This document shows positions 49,694 to 63,144 of a stretch of 64,000 nucleotides of DNA, in pieces (position 1 is the first letter of the stretch; the number at the start of each line of letters is the position of its first letter). Origin of the DNA: Utricularia gibba (lineage: Eukaryota; Plantae; Magnoliophyta); NCBI GenBank assembly GCA_002189035.1, contig NEEC01000025.1:372001-436000 (forward strand), in the 5' to 3' direction. The position numbers and the translations under genes are program-made. Under the pieces are notes generated by a model, which worked only from the letters and a program-made list of their open reading frames with translations, was not told the origin of the DNA and ran no database searches.

Positions 49694-52600
49694 TCAACCG
49701 ATGTCCACTTCCGCCGTCTCCTCATCGGCTCCATCAATGTCCACGGTCGCTTCTTCGCCCTTATACTGCGTAAAAGGAACCAGATACGCCAGAGGTTAAG
49801 AAAACAAAAACTCCCAGAAGAAATAAGGTTGCAATTTTCTGAAGATGTATAAACACAAGAAACCTGCGCATAAGCGTTTTCAGGAACTGGTGGGGGCAGA
49901 AGAGGCAAGCTCGGAACTTTTGCAGGGCCTTGTGTATCAGCTTCAGCAACAGTGGCTCCAACTGGCAATTTGTCATCCGACTCAACATCGTTTTCTTCGT
50001 TCAATGCATGAGCAGCTATACCTGTTGGTGGGAGGTTTGCTGTTTCATATGCCTTGTTCTGAAAAATTCACCATAGAAAGACTACATCATGGTCAGGTGG
50101 AAACATGTATGTTACTTAGACAACGCTCCGAGAAAAAATCAACAGAACAAAAAGTTATCCTTACCGCACCTTACCACTGGAGGCAGTATCAGGAGGCAGG
50201 AGTTCTCTAGTGGATATGTGTTCGTGATCTGAATCTGAGACTTTGCTACTTTTAAATTGAGCAGGGTAACTGGGCTGACGGGGAACGCTATCCACCCTAT
50301 GCTTTCCGGTTTCAGCCCTTTCACCAACTGAATCTACTTGACAAAGCGAATTTTGTAAGATAAGCCACTGAAGTGTTAAAAATGTAAACCTGTTATCATG
50401 AAAGAATTATGAAGCTTGCATTTGGGTACAAGTAATTCTCGGTAGGCTTAAAAAAACCCATTGTAAAAGGCTTTTACTCCTTACTTTGGTTTAGCACACC
50501 ATAATCGGTACGGACTCTCACTCTTCTCTGCATGGGTGATGAATTAATCTGGTCACGCATTGGGCTTACAGCATGCACGTTCCTAGTAGTATCAGCGAAC
50601 GTGTTAACCTTGGTTGGTTCATCATCGATAACTCGAGAAGCAACATCTAATTCCAGCTGCTCGGCCAATTTCTGAAAATGACCTTGTGACCTGAAAATGA
50701 ATTGTGACTACCCATTAAAATAAGGCAAGAAACACCCGGAATAACTAAAAAAAAAAAGCTCGAAAACTAAGATAAAATGAGCAACATCGAACCTCCTGAC
50801 TTCATCTTGTGACCTTAAGTAGCGGTGATGAGCTTTAAGGAATTTTTTGATCTTGGAAGTCCACCTGGAAAACAGTGATGTCAACCACCTCGCCAAATAA
50901 TGTATCAGAATCTCTTGTCATGGAACATACCATATTTATAATATCTGGATTTTAAAAAGATAATCAGCATAACTAGCAATGTCTAAAATTCTTAACGTCA
51001 ATATTCCATTCTTTAATCATCAAAATTACCAAGAAAACACCACAGCAATCAAAACCAAATGGGAAAGAGAGCAATTAATTCATCTCAGTACCTCTCACAC
51101 TCGTTTTTCTCTTTCAGCAGTTGCATTTCAAGCTCGTTAATGTTCATGGATAATGCATCGGCTTCTTTCGACTTGCCTTCCAGGTAAGCCTATTCAATAA
51201 CCACATGGATGAAAAAATGACATTATTTACAAATGTGCAAATAATATTAGCATGCATAGAATGAATTGATGTAAGAGAAATGGCTAGGAAGCAAGATGGG
51301 AGATCACAAGGTGTAATATCAACCTCGAGATCCCGCTTCTTCCTTTCCTCACTCTTAATTTCAGATTGCATTTCCCGGAGCTGTGAAACAGGGTAGAGAA
51401 AAAGAGAAAGGAAAATACAAGAAATCATATCTCTGAACCAGGAAAATGGAGTGCAAAATAAGCCAACTAAATGCCAACCTTCTCACGAATGCGTACTTGA
51501 GCATCGGAAGGAGTCTGCCTCCTTTCTTTAGATTGATCTTCAGTTCCATCTGAAAATCTTCCAGAATGATCACTTTCATCATCTATCTGCTTTCTCTTTC
51601 TGTGGTTTGCAACCCAGGAAAATAATGAACATTAATACAACACACAATAAGAAGAATACAAATTGAGAATGGTATTATCGCCCCAGGGAAGCATTCATTT
51701 TTCCCAAGTACCCAGAACATGAAGACCAGAGTTTTCCGAGAATGCAGCCACGAAAGATTAGCGTCACAAAGTCAGAGCTAGCAACAAAAAGTGCTCGTCA
51801 TGTACCCACATACCTTTTTCCAGCAGAACGCGGACTGCCACCTGAATTTTTTCAAAAAGTAATTAAAAAAGAAACAAAAATAAACCTTAAGAAGGGCCAT
51901 TAAATAAAGAAGAACTAAAGAAGTCAAGAAAATCAGACCACGAGATGAATATGCTGTTCTGTCATCTCCCCTTCCAAGAGAGTTGTAAGATGGAGAATGC
52001 CTTCGGTCAAGCCTCTCTCTCAAGTCCCTACCTTCTCGATAGTCTCGTCTTTCTGGAATGGTTGAAGAAATTAAAATCCAAAAAATAGAAGAGAGACCAC
52101 AACACCAGAATTAGCCAATAACAGGCATCCACCAGTAAAAAAACATGAAGTTTAACCTTACCATTATAGCAAATAATGAGTGTAAAAGTAAGAACAGTTT
52201 TAGTGCCTTCTCGAAAGATCCCATTTGCACATAAATAATTTCCCTTCTTATAAAGATAGATAAAGATATACCATGAGCTTATAGATAGAAAATCCTTCAA
52301 GAGTCATCCAAGCAACTCAAACAATAGACATCTCTGCCACCGAGCGATAAGAATAGAAAGCATTGGTTCAGACTTCTTTCATTTGCTTTCAGTGCGTAAT
52401 TGGACCACATTTACAATCTTAGGCATGAGAACAAGAGATTCCTTGCAGTTTATTTCAGAGATGGAATGACAAACCACTTTTGAAATACTTACACGCAGCA
52501 TAACAAAGTATGGATTGTGAATTCTGATGGCCTTTCGTAGTGCCATTAGTAGAGATCAGATGAAAATACCCTCGCCGAGAAACGCAGAGTTACCATGAAA

Positions 52601-53232
52601 ATATATTTGATCCTTTTAACGGATAGCCCGTTACAACAATGATAAGAATGAACCAAGATATTGAGCCATCCGAACATCGAACTCATCGAACTATCTTATT
52701 TTTTAAGTACAGAAGCAAAAGTGTCCAAAATCGAGCATCAAACTTAAGCGATCAGAGAATTCTCTCCTAACTTTCCCTCGGGAACTACACGACACAGCAT
52801 TAATAAAGATGAGCAGTGCACCACATGCCGCATCACCCAGAAGATTACATCTTCCTTATGCATAGAGTACGTGCATAAATAAGCACACTGCGGGGAAAAA
52901 ATGAGGACGAGACGGGTAAACGTCTTCGTTCCAATTAGGAAGCTTGGCTCTGGAATATGGCTGTTTATTTTCAGTAGCACCCGAAATCCCAATACAAAAA
53001 ATAAATACATAGACTACGCAATTAATGAAAGCCGAAAACAGTAGAGACCTTAGAAGGCAGCCTGAGAACTAGAAAACTTTCAGTAGCAAGGAGAAAAAGC
53101 AAATCAAGAAATACCATTAAAGGAGCCGCGGAGTTCGGCAGTGCCATGCGCGAAATTGCAATATTGTCGCGTGCATCGCCCTCTTTGAAACAGCACACAT
53201 AGCTTCGTCTTGTATAGTTTTCTGTCGACCAT
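49694..53232 (-). CDS. CCCH zinc-finger protein (At3g21810/C3H40-like)
   Basis: Exon 1 53232-53115 MVDRKLYKTKLCVLFQRGRCTRQYCNFAHG; DLRERLDRRHSP; coiled-coil exons; last exon YKGEEATVDIDG..EVDIG* with stop at 49694. Internal exons only partly traced. Confidence 0.82.
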
Positions 53233-53794
53233 CCTCGCCGTCGTCCTCGGAAACCCAGCTATTCCCCAAATCCGAACCCTAAGTCAAGCAACTGACCGTC
53301 GACTTAGGTTTAGCGTGTGGTGGAGTACGGCAGCGCGAAGGGTAAAATCGCCAATCTCCGCTTCCCATTGTATATATACCGAAAAATGCAGAAGCCCAAC
53401 AATACGAGAGCCCATTTCAAAAGCCCATTAAAGGAGAACCCGAATGGGCTCCTCAGACATATAATTAATTCATCACTAATGGCTAATTAACTGATTAATC
53501 AGGAGAATCCCATTTCATCTCAGCCTCGGTTTAGTTCGGTTCGTTTCTTAAAAAAATTTCGAAGAATATTTTATTAAAAATATAGAAAAAGAACTTTCTA
53601 AATTTATATTACATTAAAAATAACAATCATCCATTAATCTTCCCACATGCGGTACGGAATGATACAGAATAATCCAAATGGAATATCAATTAATATTAAC
53701 CAATAGCACACCAAAACTTGAACTCCTTGTTAGTCATCACAAACGAATCCCCTCTGCAAAACTTCTCTCCTTGTCCGGGTCCCTGGCGCCCGCA

Positions 53795-55426
53795 TCACCG
53801 CTTAGCCTGCGGACACAAGAGTTCGGGTCTCAATATCAGGGCTGTAACCGGGTCAAATCCGGGTCTAGGACTCTGTGAAGGAAGCGTACAAACCTGGGAG
53901 TAGAGGAAGGTGCCAGAGATGGCAATAGCAGCACCAAGAGCGTTGATGGGCTGTAGAGGCGTGTGGAAAACTATGATGGAGGCGACAATGACAGAAATCC
54001 TCTTCATCGTGTTCCCGATGCTGAATGTTAGTGGAGAGATCTCGTTCAGAGACATGTAAGAGACTTGGTTGTACAGATGGTAGAATACGCTCTGTGCAAC
54101 GACCCACCTGGCCAAAAGACATGGAATTGTAAGGCAAATTGTTGTATAAGGATAGGAATGAGATGTGTCAAAGGTGTAACATGGTTACCAGATGAAATTT
54201 GGACCGATTTGGGCGACTGCCTTTTGCCACCCGAGTGCCCAGAGTTGAGGTCCCTCCATGGCTATTGCAAATGGAGTGAGAATCAAGAGGGAAAGGATTG
54301 AGAGGCAAGCGTAGTAGTTCAATCCACCAACTGATTTCCCTTCCATGCCTTTTTTTGAGAATATGTTTCTGAAGACGAACGCCAGGTTTGAAATCATGGC
54401 TCCCATGAAACCTGCACAGAAATATCAGTTTCAAGCAGAAAATGCAACAACAGGGAAGCATACAAGGAAATTGTGCTTCTCTATAGCTACAATAAAACAG
54501 GAACTTGACGTATAGTTGATCATCAACTCTGATATGAAAAAAATGGTATATGCAAAGGAAAGAATTGCACTAGAATTCTCAAATCATTGTAAACCCAAGA
54601 CCAGTTTCGAATCATCAGTAAATATGCGGAACTAACCAGTGAGATTGAAGTTAAGCTCAGTAAGAGCAGACAGCGCACAGCCTCCAATTATCGGCATCAG
54701 GGATAAGTACACCGGCAGGGGGAAACTTTCTCCGAGCAGAAATCTGGAAACCAGAACGCTGAAAGCTGGTTCACTGCTCTTGATTATATGAGTGAACGAA
54801 ACCGCAACTTTGGACATGCTAATCGTCGCCGCAACATGCCCAATCGTGTGCGCCAGAGCAACCTAAGCAGCATTTCAACAAACAGTAGGTAAACAAACTA
54901 GCCACACCGCCATCACGGCAAAAATTTATGGTATTTACCGGTAACAGAGACTTCCAGAAATTAACATCAGTCTCTGGAACTTCAGCAATCCTAATCGCCC
55001 AAGAAACCAACATGATCAAGGAACCGGCGGCCAGAGAAAGCGTGGAAGTGAGCCAGGGGAAAGGAAATACATTGAGAACTTTCTTGTTGTATATATTGAA
55101 CACAACATTGAGAGCCCACCAAGTGGCAAAATAAATGCCAATTTTCACCCTTTGAGCTACTCCTTCATTCAACTCCAAATTCAGCGGTACAGATTCAGCC
55201 CCCGAGCATCGTAGGCATTACATTCGATCGATGGCACTCGGTTCTTGATCCCACCAAATCCGAATCCAGTGGATATGTACAACGGCCGATCAAGGCGCAG
55301 GGCCTTCCCAGACCGATGCGAGATCTCGAGCGCACAACCTTCCGCCGGAAAGAGAACCGGCTTCGTGAAGTTTCCGGCAGCATTCAAGGCGGCGAAACAC
55401 GACCCCTGCGCAGAGAAAGCCGCCAT
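53795..55426 (-). CDS. GPT: Plastid glucose-6-phosphate/phosphate translocator with a 1-bp frameshift after the transit peptide
   Basis: Exons 55426-54939, 54862-54637, 54411-54189, 54107-53877 (approx.), 53806-53795. KIGIYFATWWALNVVFNIYNKK, VAVSFTHIIKSSEPAFS, YNQVSYMSL, GNTMKRISVI. One extra G at 55199-55203 gives ARGAESVPLNLELNEGVAQRVKIG. Confidence 0.92.
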
Positions 55427-56166
55427 TGTAGAGCGAGAAATCTTCACCAACCCAAGTCGTTGATTCACCTACGGAAGAGTAGATGCCGATTTATAGGGAA
55501 ACCAACGGGTGAAGCTTTCGTCCGCAATAATCATTATAATATTATTATTCAATTAAAATAAATAAAACATTTTCCGTGCAAAATTGAATTTGGAATCGAA
55601 AACGTGTTCACTCACAAGACGCTTCAGAAACCGACTCGATTTGTGGTCATGCATCACACATCTCCTTTTTTGTTTCCTAAAACTTGTCCCAATTTTGTTA
55701 TCAAACAAAAGCATATAATAAACTTCCATTTATATAAAACAATCTTTGATAGAATAAAATTTAAGCTATATTTAGAAAAATTCCTTCAGAATTGATTTAA
55801 TTCTGGTAAAATAAGAATATATATATATATATATTTATTTATTTAAAATATAGAATTTGATGATCACCAAACGATCATGGAAAATTGATTCTTACATAAT
55901 TTAACGTAACGAAACACAATTTACTTCTTAAAGATTAAAGTTTTTTTGAAATAATTTTTAATTTAAAAAAACATTACAGAAATCTCAGAAATTACCATGT
56001 AGATTCATTTTTTAAAAATAAAAAATGAGGAAAAAGGTGAAAAATATTGAGCGAGTTGGGCTGGGTTTGTGTCCTTTTACCTGCATCGTATCGGGGGGAT
56101 ATCTACTGGGCCCACTGACCTGTCGGAGTGGTTGCGGGTTGTAAAGTATGAGGAAGCCTCGGCCGT

Positions 56167-56483
56167 CCACGTGGGGCGGGTGTCAGGGAATACGGACCGT
56201 TGATATACGTTTGGGGCAGGGAAGAAATGTGTGTTTTTGTTTTACCTATTTTGCACGCCTCAAAGTCGTTTTCATCCGCCAACTGGAGGGTTGGTTGATT
56301 GGTTCTCCTGTCCCGCTGCCCGCTCCATTTTGTTACTGTGCGCCGGGTCGGCACGTGGTGGGTGGACCTCGCCGCTGCTGAGCTCCCGTCGTCGGAGGCG
56401 TAACGTAATAATTAAAACTTGGTGGAGCTTGTGCCACGTGCCTGGGCTCTTGTAATTGACGGTCCTGATTCTTGCCGACGTCA
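56167..56483. promoter_or_regulatory. G-box/ABRE and DRE cluster upstream of GPT
   Basis: CACGTG within CCACGTGG 56167-56174, GCACGTGG 56351-56358 and CCACGTGC 56434-56441; GCCGAC overlapping GACGTCA at 56474-56483. Confidence 0.45.
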
Positions 56484-56956
56484 TGCCGATCTCCAAAATG
56501 GAAAGTTCTCCTCGGCAACCTCCCACAACGTGCATACATTTCGTAGGAATGTTCGAGGAATAATTCAGAAATTTGCACACATTATTATAAGTACATGAAA
56601 AAACTGATCATACTCAATGTAGTTATGTTTAATTTCGGGAAATTTTACGTAAGTTTAAAACATGGATTAAAACCGCATGACATCAGCAAATTCGTAAGCA
56701 ACGGGTTCAGGTGACGTACACCACGAATCCGACGCGGCGGGGGTATTGAACGACAAGCGGGTGGAGAAGTCGTCATGGGGCCCAGGTATTTATTTTATTT
56801 TTTAAAAATCATCTGGAAATATCCTGGCAACGGAGTGCAATTCAGAAGCATGGATGGGGACAGGAGGAGAAGATGCGGGCTTCTCCGAAACCCGCGAATG
56901 GATTCAAAGAATGGAACTTTATTCCCACGGTGCAGATGGATGGCTTGCCGTGTTCG

Positions 56957-59900
56957 TCACTGCTTGCTCAGTTGTCGGATGACGTAGGGAAGGATGCCGC
57001 CGTGGTTGTAGTAAGCGAGCTCCACCTGACGGACGAACAACGGCGGAAATCAAGAGGCGACCACGGTATATAAAAAAGAAGAAGAAATTCCAAGGGATTT
57101 GATCGATCATGTGCAGATAGAATGTGGAAGTTTACCTCGGTGTCGAAACGCACGGTGCATGTGAACTGCTTTCCTGAATCGGTAGAGACGACTACATCTT
57201 GGCCGGGGCGGATATCGGAGATTTTGTTGGGAAGATGAATTGTGTAGCGTTCGTGGCCGGTTAAGCCCAACGAATCTGCATCTTCACCGGACTTGAAGCA
57301 GAGAGGAATGATACCCATCCCCACAAGATTACTCCGGTGTATCCTTTCGAAGCTCTTGGCGATCACAGCTTTCACACCCTGTAGAAGATCATTGCCAACA
57401 GGCACTAGAATCAGTAACTTCTTGCCGTTTCCGGTGTCGTGATGACGAAAAAGCGGCAAGGAAATGTGGATATCAAGTGACAGCACTAACCAAAAGCATA
57501 GGGCCCTTTGCAGCCCAGTCTCTGGAGCTTCCACTTCCATACTCAGCTCCGGCCAAGATGATCGTATCCTGCCCAGCTGACTTGTATTTCTACAGCCGCA
57601 TACCGTTTTCCATCAACAAATGATGATAGTGAAGAGTAAACGGTACAAAGAGATGATACATACCATTGCAGCATCGTACACAGAAAGCTTTTCTCCAGTG
57701 GGGATGTGCAATGTCTTGGGAGCAACTTCTCCATTCAACAGTTTGTTGACGAGCCGGATGTTGGCAAATGTTCCTCTCGCCATAATCTCATCATTGCCAC
57801 GGCGACTGCCGTAGGAGTTGAAATCCTTGCGATCTACTCCCCGCTCAATCAGAAACTTTGCGGCAGCGCTATCCTTGTGGATGCTCCCAGCAGGGGAGAT
57901 GTGATCTGTGGTAATGCTGTCTCCAAAGTTCAGCAAGCAGTAGGCATCCTTTACTTCATGGGGGCCAGGAGGGTCCATCGTCATGCCCTTGAAGTATGGC
58001 GGCTCGTGGATGTAGGTCGAATTCGGATCCCATGAGTAGAGTTTCGAGTGCGACACAGGCAGCTCGTTCCACATGGGATTACCCACAGTGATCGCCTTGT
58101 AAGTGCTCTTGAACATGTCAGGCAGTACACTGGATTGAACTACCTGAAAGAGAAGTTGCCAAAAATTGGAGTTTCACAGTTTTCCATGTGAGCTAGAAAA
58201 CGCACAAGTTAACAAACCTCTGCTACTTCTTCAGTTGATGGCCAGATATCCTTGAAGTAAACTTCCTTCCCATCCTTGCCAACACCAATTGGTTCTTTTT
58301 CAAAGTCAATGTCGACCTGACAGAGAAAATGTTGTAACAGATATACACTGATCAAGGATGATCACAATCACCATACCGTTCCTGCTAGAGCGTATGCAAC
58401 AACAAGAGGAGGTGAAGCTAGATAATTTGCTCTAGTCAACGCATGGACGCGACCCTCAAAGTTGCGGTTCCCAGAAAGTACAGCTGCTGCAACAATATCT
58501 GCACAATAGCAACACATCTCAAGTTAGCTTTCCAGGAAGAAGAAAGCCAAAGCAATTTGTCTTACCATTTTCGGATATAGCAGCTGCAACCGATTCATCA
58601 AGATCACCCGAATTCCCAATGCAAGTGGTGCAGCCATAACCCACAATGTGGAAGCCTTGCTGATTTAAGTACTCCTGCAGGCCACTGACATACGAGTATC
58701 TCATAGTAAACGAGTGTTTTTGGCTGATACACTGAATAAAAAGCATGACATCAAAAGCCACTCGTGCTCCCATGTATGTATTTCTGGTTTTTCAATACTT
58801 CATACTTCTAAATTTCAGAATATTGATATGAGTCAATACCTCTGCTGCAAGTATTTTGTGACAACTCCCGAGCCAGGAGCAAGGCTTGTCTTGACCCAAG
58901 GTTTTACCTGGTCAATGCAATGCCGTTGAAATGCGGTTGAAACAAAAACCATCTTAACACAAAAAGTGGTTCAGGTCTTAAGTAGAAAAATGTGTGCCTG
59001 AAGGCCAAGCTCAGAAGCTTTCTTTGCTACAAGGCCTGCTCCAAGCATGACACTGGGGTTTGACGTATTCGTACAACTTGTGATTGCAGCAATCACAACG
59101 CTACCATGCTTAAGTTCTGCCGGTTCTCCATGAAATGAAAACTTCGCAACCTTCTCTTGTTCATCCTTAGGCACAGCAAAACCCTACTTCCAAGAAGGAT
59201 CGTGAGAGAATATATAGGACTCAAGAGTTGGAGTTGATGCTAGCAAAGAACATTAGATAGCATCTGGAAGTGATCAGTTTCACGTCACACAGAAGAAGAT
59301 TTTAGCAGAGTAACTAAAGCTACATCACTTTCAATTTTGAAAAACTTGGTTTAGAAGAGTGAACTTTTTCCTCAGAAAAAAAAAAAAAAGAGGTTGAATT
59401 TTTACCTTGAACCCAACTTTGCTATCCAGGCAAGAATGCCAATCAACTTTCATGTCTTTCAATGGAACTCGATCATGTGGCCTGTTAACATGCATGACAA
59501 TTAACCAATCTTCCAGGAAAAAAAAAGTCATAAAACCGTACACATGGATATGGAATTTCTTCAAGGGGAAAAAACCTCTTGGGTCCAGAAATGCATGGTT
59601 CAACATCTCCCAGGTCTAGGTGCAAAGAAGATGAGTACACCCATTCTTGTTGAGGCTGTGATTACAAAGAACATCATACATGATCAAACGAAGAGAACAA
59701 AGTTTACAGAAAGGCAGACGCACCTCACTGTAGTCTACAAACATCTTGTTCGCTCGAAGATAAGCTTCGATCATTGCCACCTAAATGTCCACAAACAGGG
59801 TAATTTTATTGAGAAAGTAAAACTAACGTTGCTTTTCCTTTGGATGAAGTGTACTCACGGTCTCTTCACTTCTTCCCGTCAATTTCAGATACTGTAAAGT

Positions 59901-62189
59901 AACATTGTCCACAGGGAAAAACCCCATGGTGGCACCATATTCAGGTGACATGTTTGCTATTGTGGCTCGGTCAGCCAACGAGATTTCACCCACACCAGCG
60001 CCTGGAAACAAGCAGACATGCAAAAGTGATCTCCTAGCTGAAAATGGGGCAATGGAGAGTCAGGATCCGAAATATTACCATGAAACTCAACAAATTTACC
60101 GACAACACCATGCTTCCTGAGCATTTGTGTTACAGTAAGAACCAGGTCCGTAGCTGTGACACCATTTCTTAGCTTTCCAGATAACTTGAAACCAACCACT
60201 CCAGGCAAAACCATGCTCATTGGCTGTCAAAACGTATACACAACCGTCATGTGGTCTGAGGCATCTTTGAATAGAGAGGCAGATGAAGAGGTTTAATTTA
60301 GCACCTGGCCAAGCATCGCAGCCTCTGCTTCAATACCTCCAACCCCCCAACCAGCTACTCCTAGTCCGTCAATCATGGTTGTATGAGAGTCAGTACCAAC
60401 CACACTATCTGGATACAGTACACCATCGGTGTTGAAGACAACACGCCCAAGATATTCAAGATTCACCTAAAAAAGAGCATGTCTATCAGGGATAACAACA
60501 ACATGTCTATGAGCATAGAGATTTGACAAAGGGAAAGCAACAAGGCCTTTTACAGAAACTATGGCATAATCAAATACCTGGTGCACGATACCAGAGCCAG
60601 GTGGGATGACAAGCATGTTATGAAAAGCTTTAGAACCCCACTTTAGGAAACCAAATCTTTCCTTATTCCTCTGGAACTCGAGTTCCATATTCGCCTGAAC
60701 AGCATTGTCAGATCTTGTAACATCAACTTGGACGGAATGATCAATGACTAGATCTACTGGAACCTGAAAGTTTTCCCATCAGGTAGGTGTGAGTATTGAT
60801 CCATTAACATATCCAGAATTGAGTAACTTGAATAGAACCAAGAAAGACATAAAGTTGTAAATACCAATGGATTGATCTTGTCAGAATCACTACCAAGTTT
60901 GTTCATAGCATCACGCATGCAAGCAAGGTCAACGACAGCTGGAACACCCGTAAAATCCTACACAAAAAATTCATCAGATAAATAATTCTCCTAATGGAAT
61001 TTTCATTGCAATACTGGTGGTGATCAATTTTAGTACCTGAAGAAGCACGCGAGCAGGCTTGAAAGGAATCTCAACCAGCTTTGGTGATGTATTTTCCCAG
61101 TCAATTATCTTTTCAACATCTTCCTTAGTCACTTGGAAGCCATCACAGTTGCGGATTGCTGATTCAAGAAGGATTCTAATGGAGTAGGGCAGTTTATCTG
61201 CAGTAATGGAATAGGCAATGTGAAGAAAATCAAATTTTATGAATGAGGTGTTTAGCTTCGACAGCTGAGAGCAGAAAAGGTAGCATCAGAAGAAAAAAGC
61301 ATTGAATAAGATGAAAACACACATATACAAAAAGGAATTCGTTGTATGAACAAGGCATGCTCTATAACAAAGCAAAGTCGAGGCATAACAAGAAAGTTCT
61401 CACCTATCCTTGGATCACCCAGCGCAGGTAAACTGTAGAATTTTCCAAATTCACCACCTCCAGGCTTGGGAAGGCTAGTGAAAATTCCCTTGAAGGCATT
61501 TTCGGAGGCTGAAATAACATATCATGTAAAGTTAATTGATTGCAACATCTCAGAATTCAAGTTGTGAATGCAAGGTCAGCATCACACCAATGCAGGCTTG
61601 TAGACAAGACCTCCAATGCTACTATTTGTCTAAAAGAACTGAATTTCAACATGACTAACAAAAAGAAATCCATCACTAAGTACGGCATTCAAAAAATCTA
61701 AGATTTTTAAATCAGAGTCTTGCTCATATAAGCGAAACAACGAAAAGGTGGGAATAGGAAAAATTACTGACACATCGGATTTCCAAAGAATTAGTCCTCA
61801 CAGTTATGGTCGGTAAAGGAAAATTTCGCAAAGACATGAAACATTTGAGCGTGTAATGGTTGACCCGAATAGCTAGGGCCACAGATTAAAGAGCTCAAGG
61901 AAAAAAGCTAACCGATTGTCGCCATCTTGCGATACAACGGATTATCAGAAAAGGCAGAGGCGATTCTTATCTGAGCTGCTAGGCTGGCCGGTGATTTCCA
62001 ATCAACACGGTGTCTCCAACGCGGAGACGATAAATAACTCAGAGATCGTAACTGCACCTTCGGCTGACCAATACATCCACTAAGATGCCGAGATGCAGCT
62101 TGTTCCCCAGAGGCAGAAGAGACCTTTTTTGCCGCGCAGGACCCGAAGCCTCTCCTAAGGAGAGTGGATGCACCACTTCTTATATACAT
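56957..62189 (-). CDS. ACO: Aconitate hydratase with an N-terminal mitochondrial presequence
   Basis: Many exons. MYIRSG...presequence; [26 protein letters not shown]; [11 protein letters not shown]; [15 protein letters not shown]; [12 protein letters not shown]; [14 protein letters not shown]; [16 protein letters not shown]; end [17 protein letters not shown]. Confidence 0.96.
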
Positions 62190-63144
62190 ACCTACCGAAC
62201 GCCGCCAGTCACATTCAAATGATAAAAGGATCACCCGATGGCAACAAGATGGCGTTTTCTTCAATGGTGGGATCGGATGGTTCTCTAATCTCTTGGGTTG
62301 TGTGCCGAGACGGCGAACGCACTCAAGCGGCGGATTAGAAGAGAAAAGTAGCTTGTGGGGGACACAGAAACGGCGATTAGGACCTTGAAAACCTTTTCTG
62401 TTGCTTTTATTCTCAAAATGAACAAGGCCCACGACAACTCGCGGCTGCTAATTCTTAACCTGAAAATTCGAGAAAAGCGGGACAGTAAAGTTGGTCTCCG
62501 ATCCCCATTATCGCCCTGATTCCTCCTCCGCTGCTCTAAAATTAGCCAAAAGAAATTTGACTTCGCATCTGAAGCTTCAACTAAAGTAATGCTTTCAGAC
62601 TTCTATTCTCTTATCCACCTTGGAAGATCGCAAAAGGTGCCATTTTTCTTCTTGGTTGCCACGTGAACCAGGTAACCTCTGTTGTGATAATTACCCCGTC
62701 GACGACAACAGAGCTAGTCATGAAAGGGACGTATTCAGCTTAAAAATGCTTCACGAAAGGCGTCAACTGGTTCAATTCCTCTCATTTTTTGTTTGCCAGC
62801 CTTCAAACAAAGGATAATCTCCATGTCCATTCAATGGGCCTGCATTTTAACATAACTGAATGTTTGAGCCAGAAACGTCCTCCCCAGTTCCATCTGAAAA
62901 CCAAGTTCTGAACTTTCCCCGAGAGGCATGCCACTGTCCGGTTTTTGTGAAATAATGGACATGAAAAGCTAAAGACAGGGCAGAACTACAGATCAACCAG
63001 TTGTATTCTAATACCACAACTGATACATGTATAAACATGCGTTCTTCCTTGATAATTTGACAGGCATACATAGCCTTCCGTTTCCAGTTCCCACAAAGAT
63101 AAGCATAGCATAGTTTTTCAGTATTCTATGGGTGTACCACGGAT

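Noticed and set aside
57419-57460. Small hairpin CTTGCCG...CGGCAAG in an aconitase intron
   Set aside because: Short imperfect stem; the resemblance to the miR169 3' end is only 7 nt.
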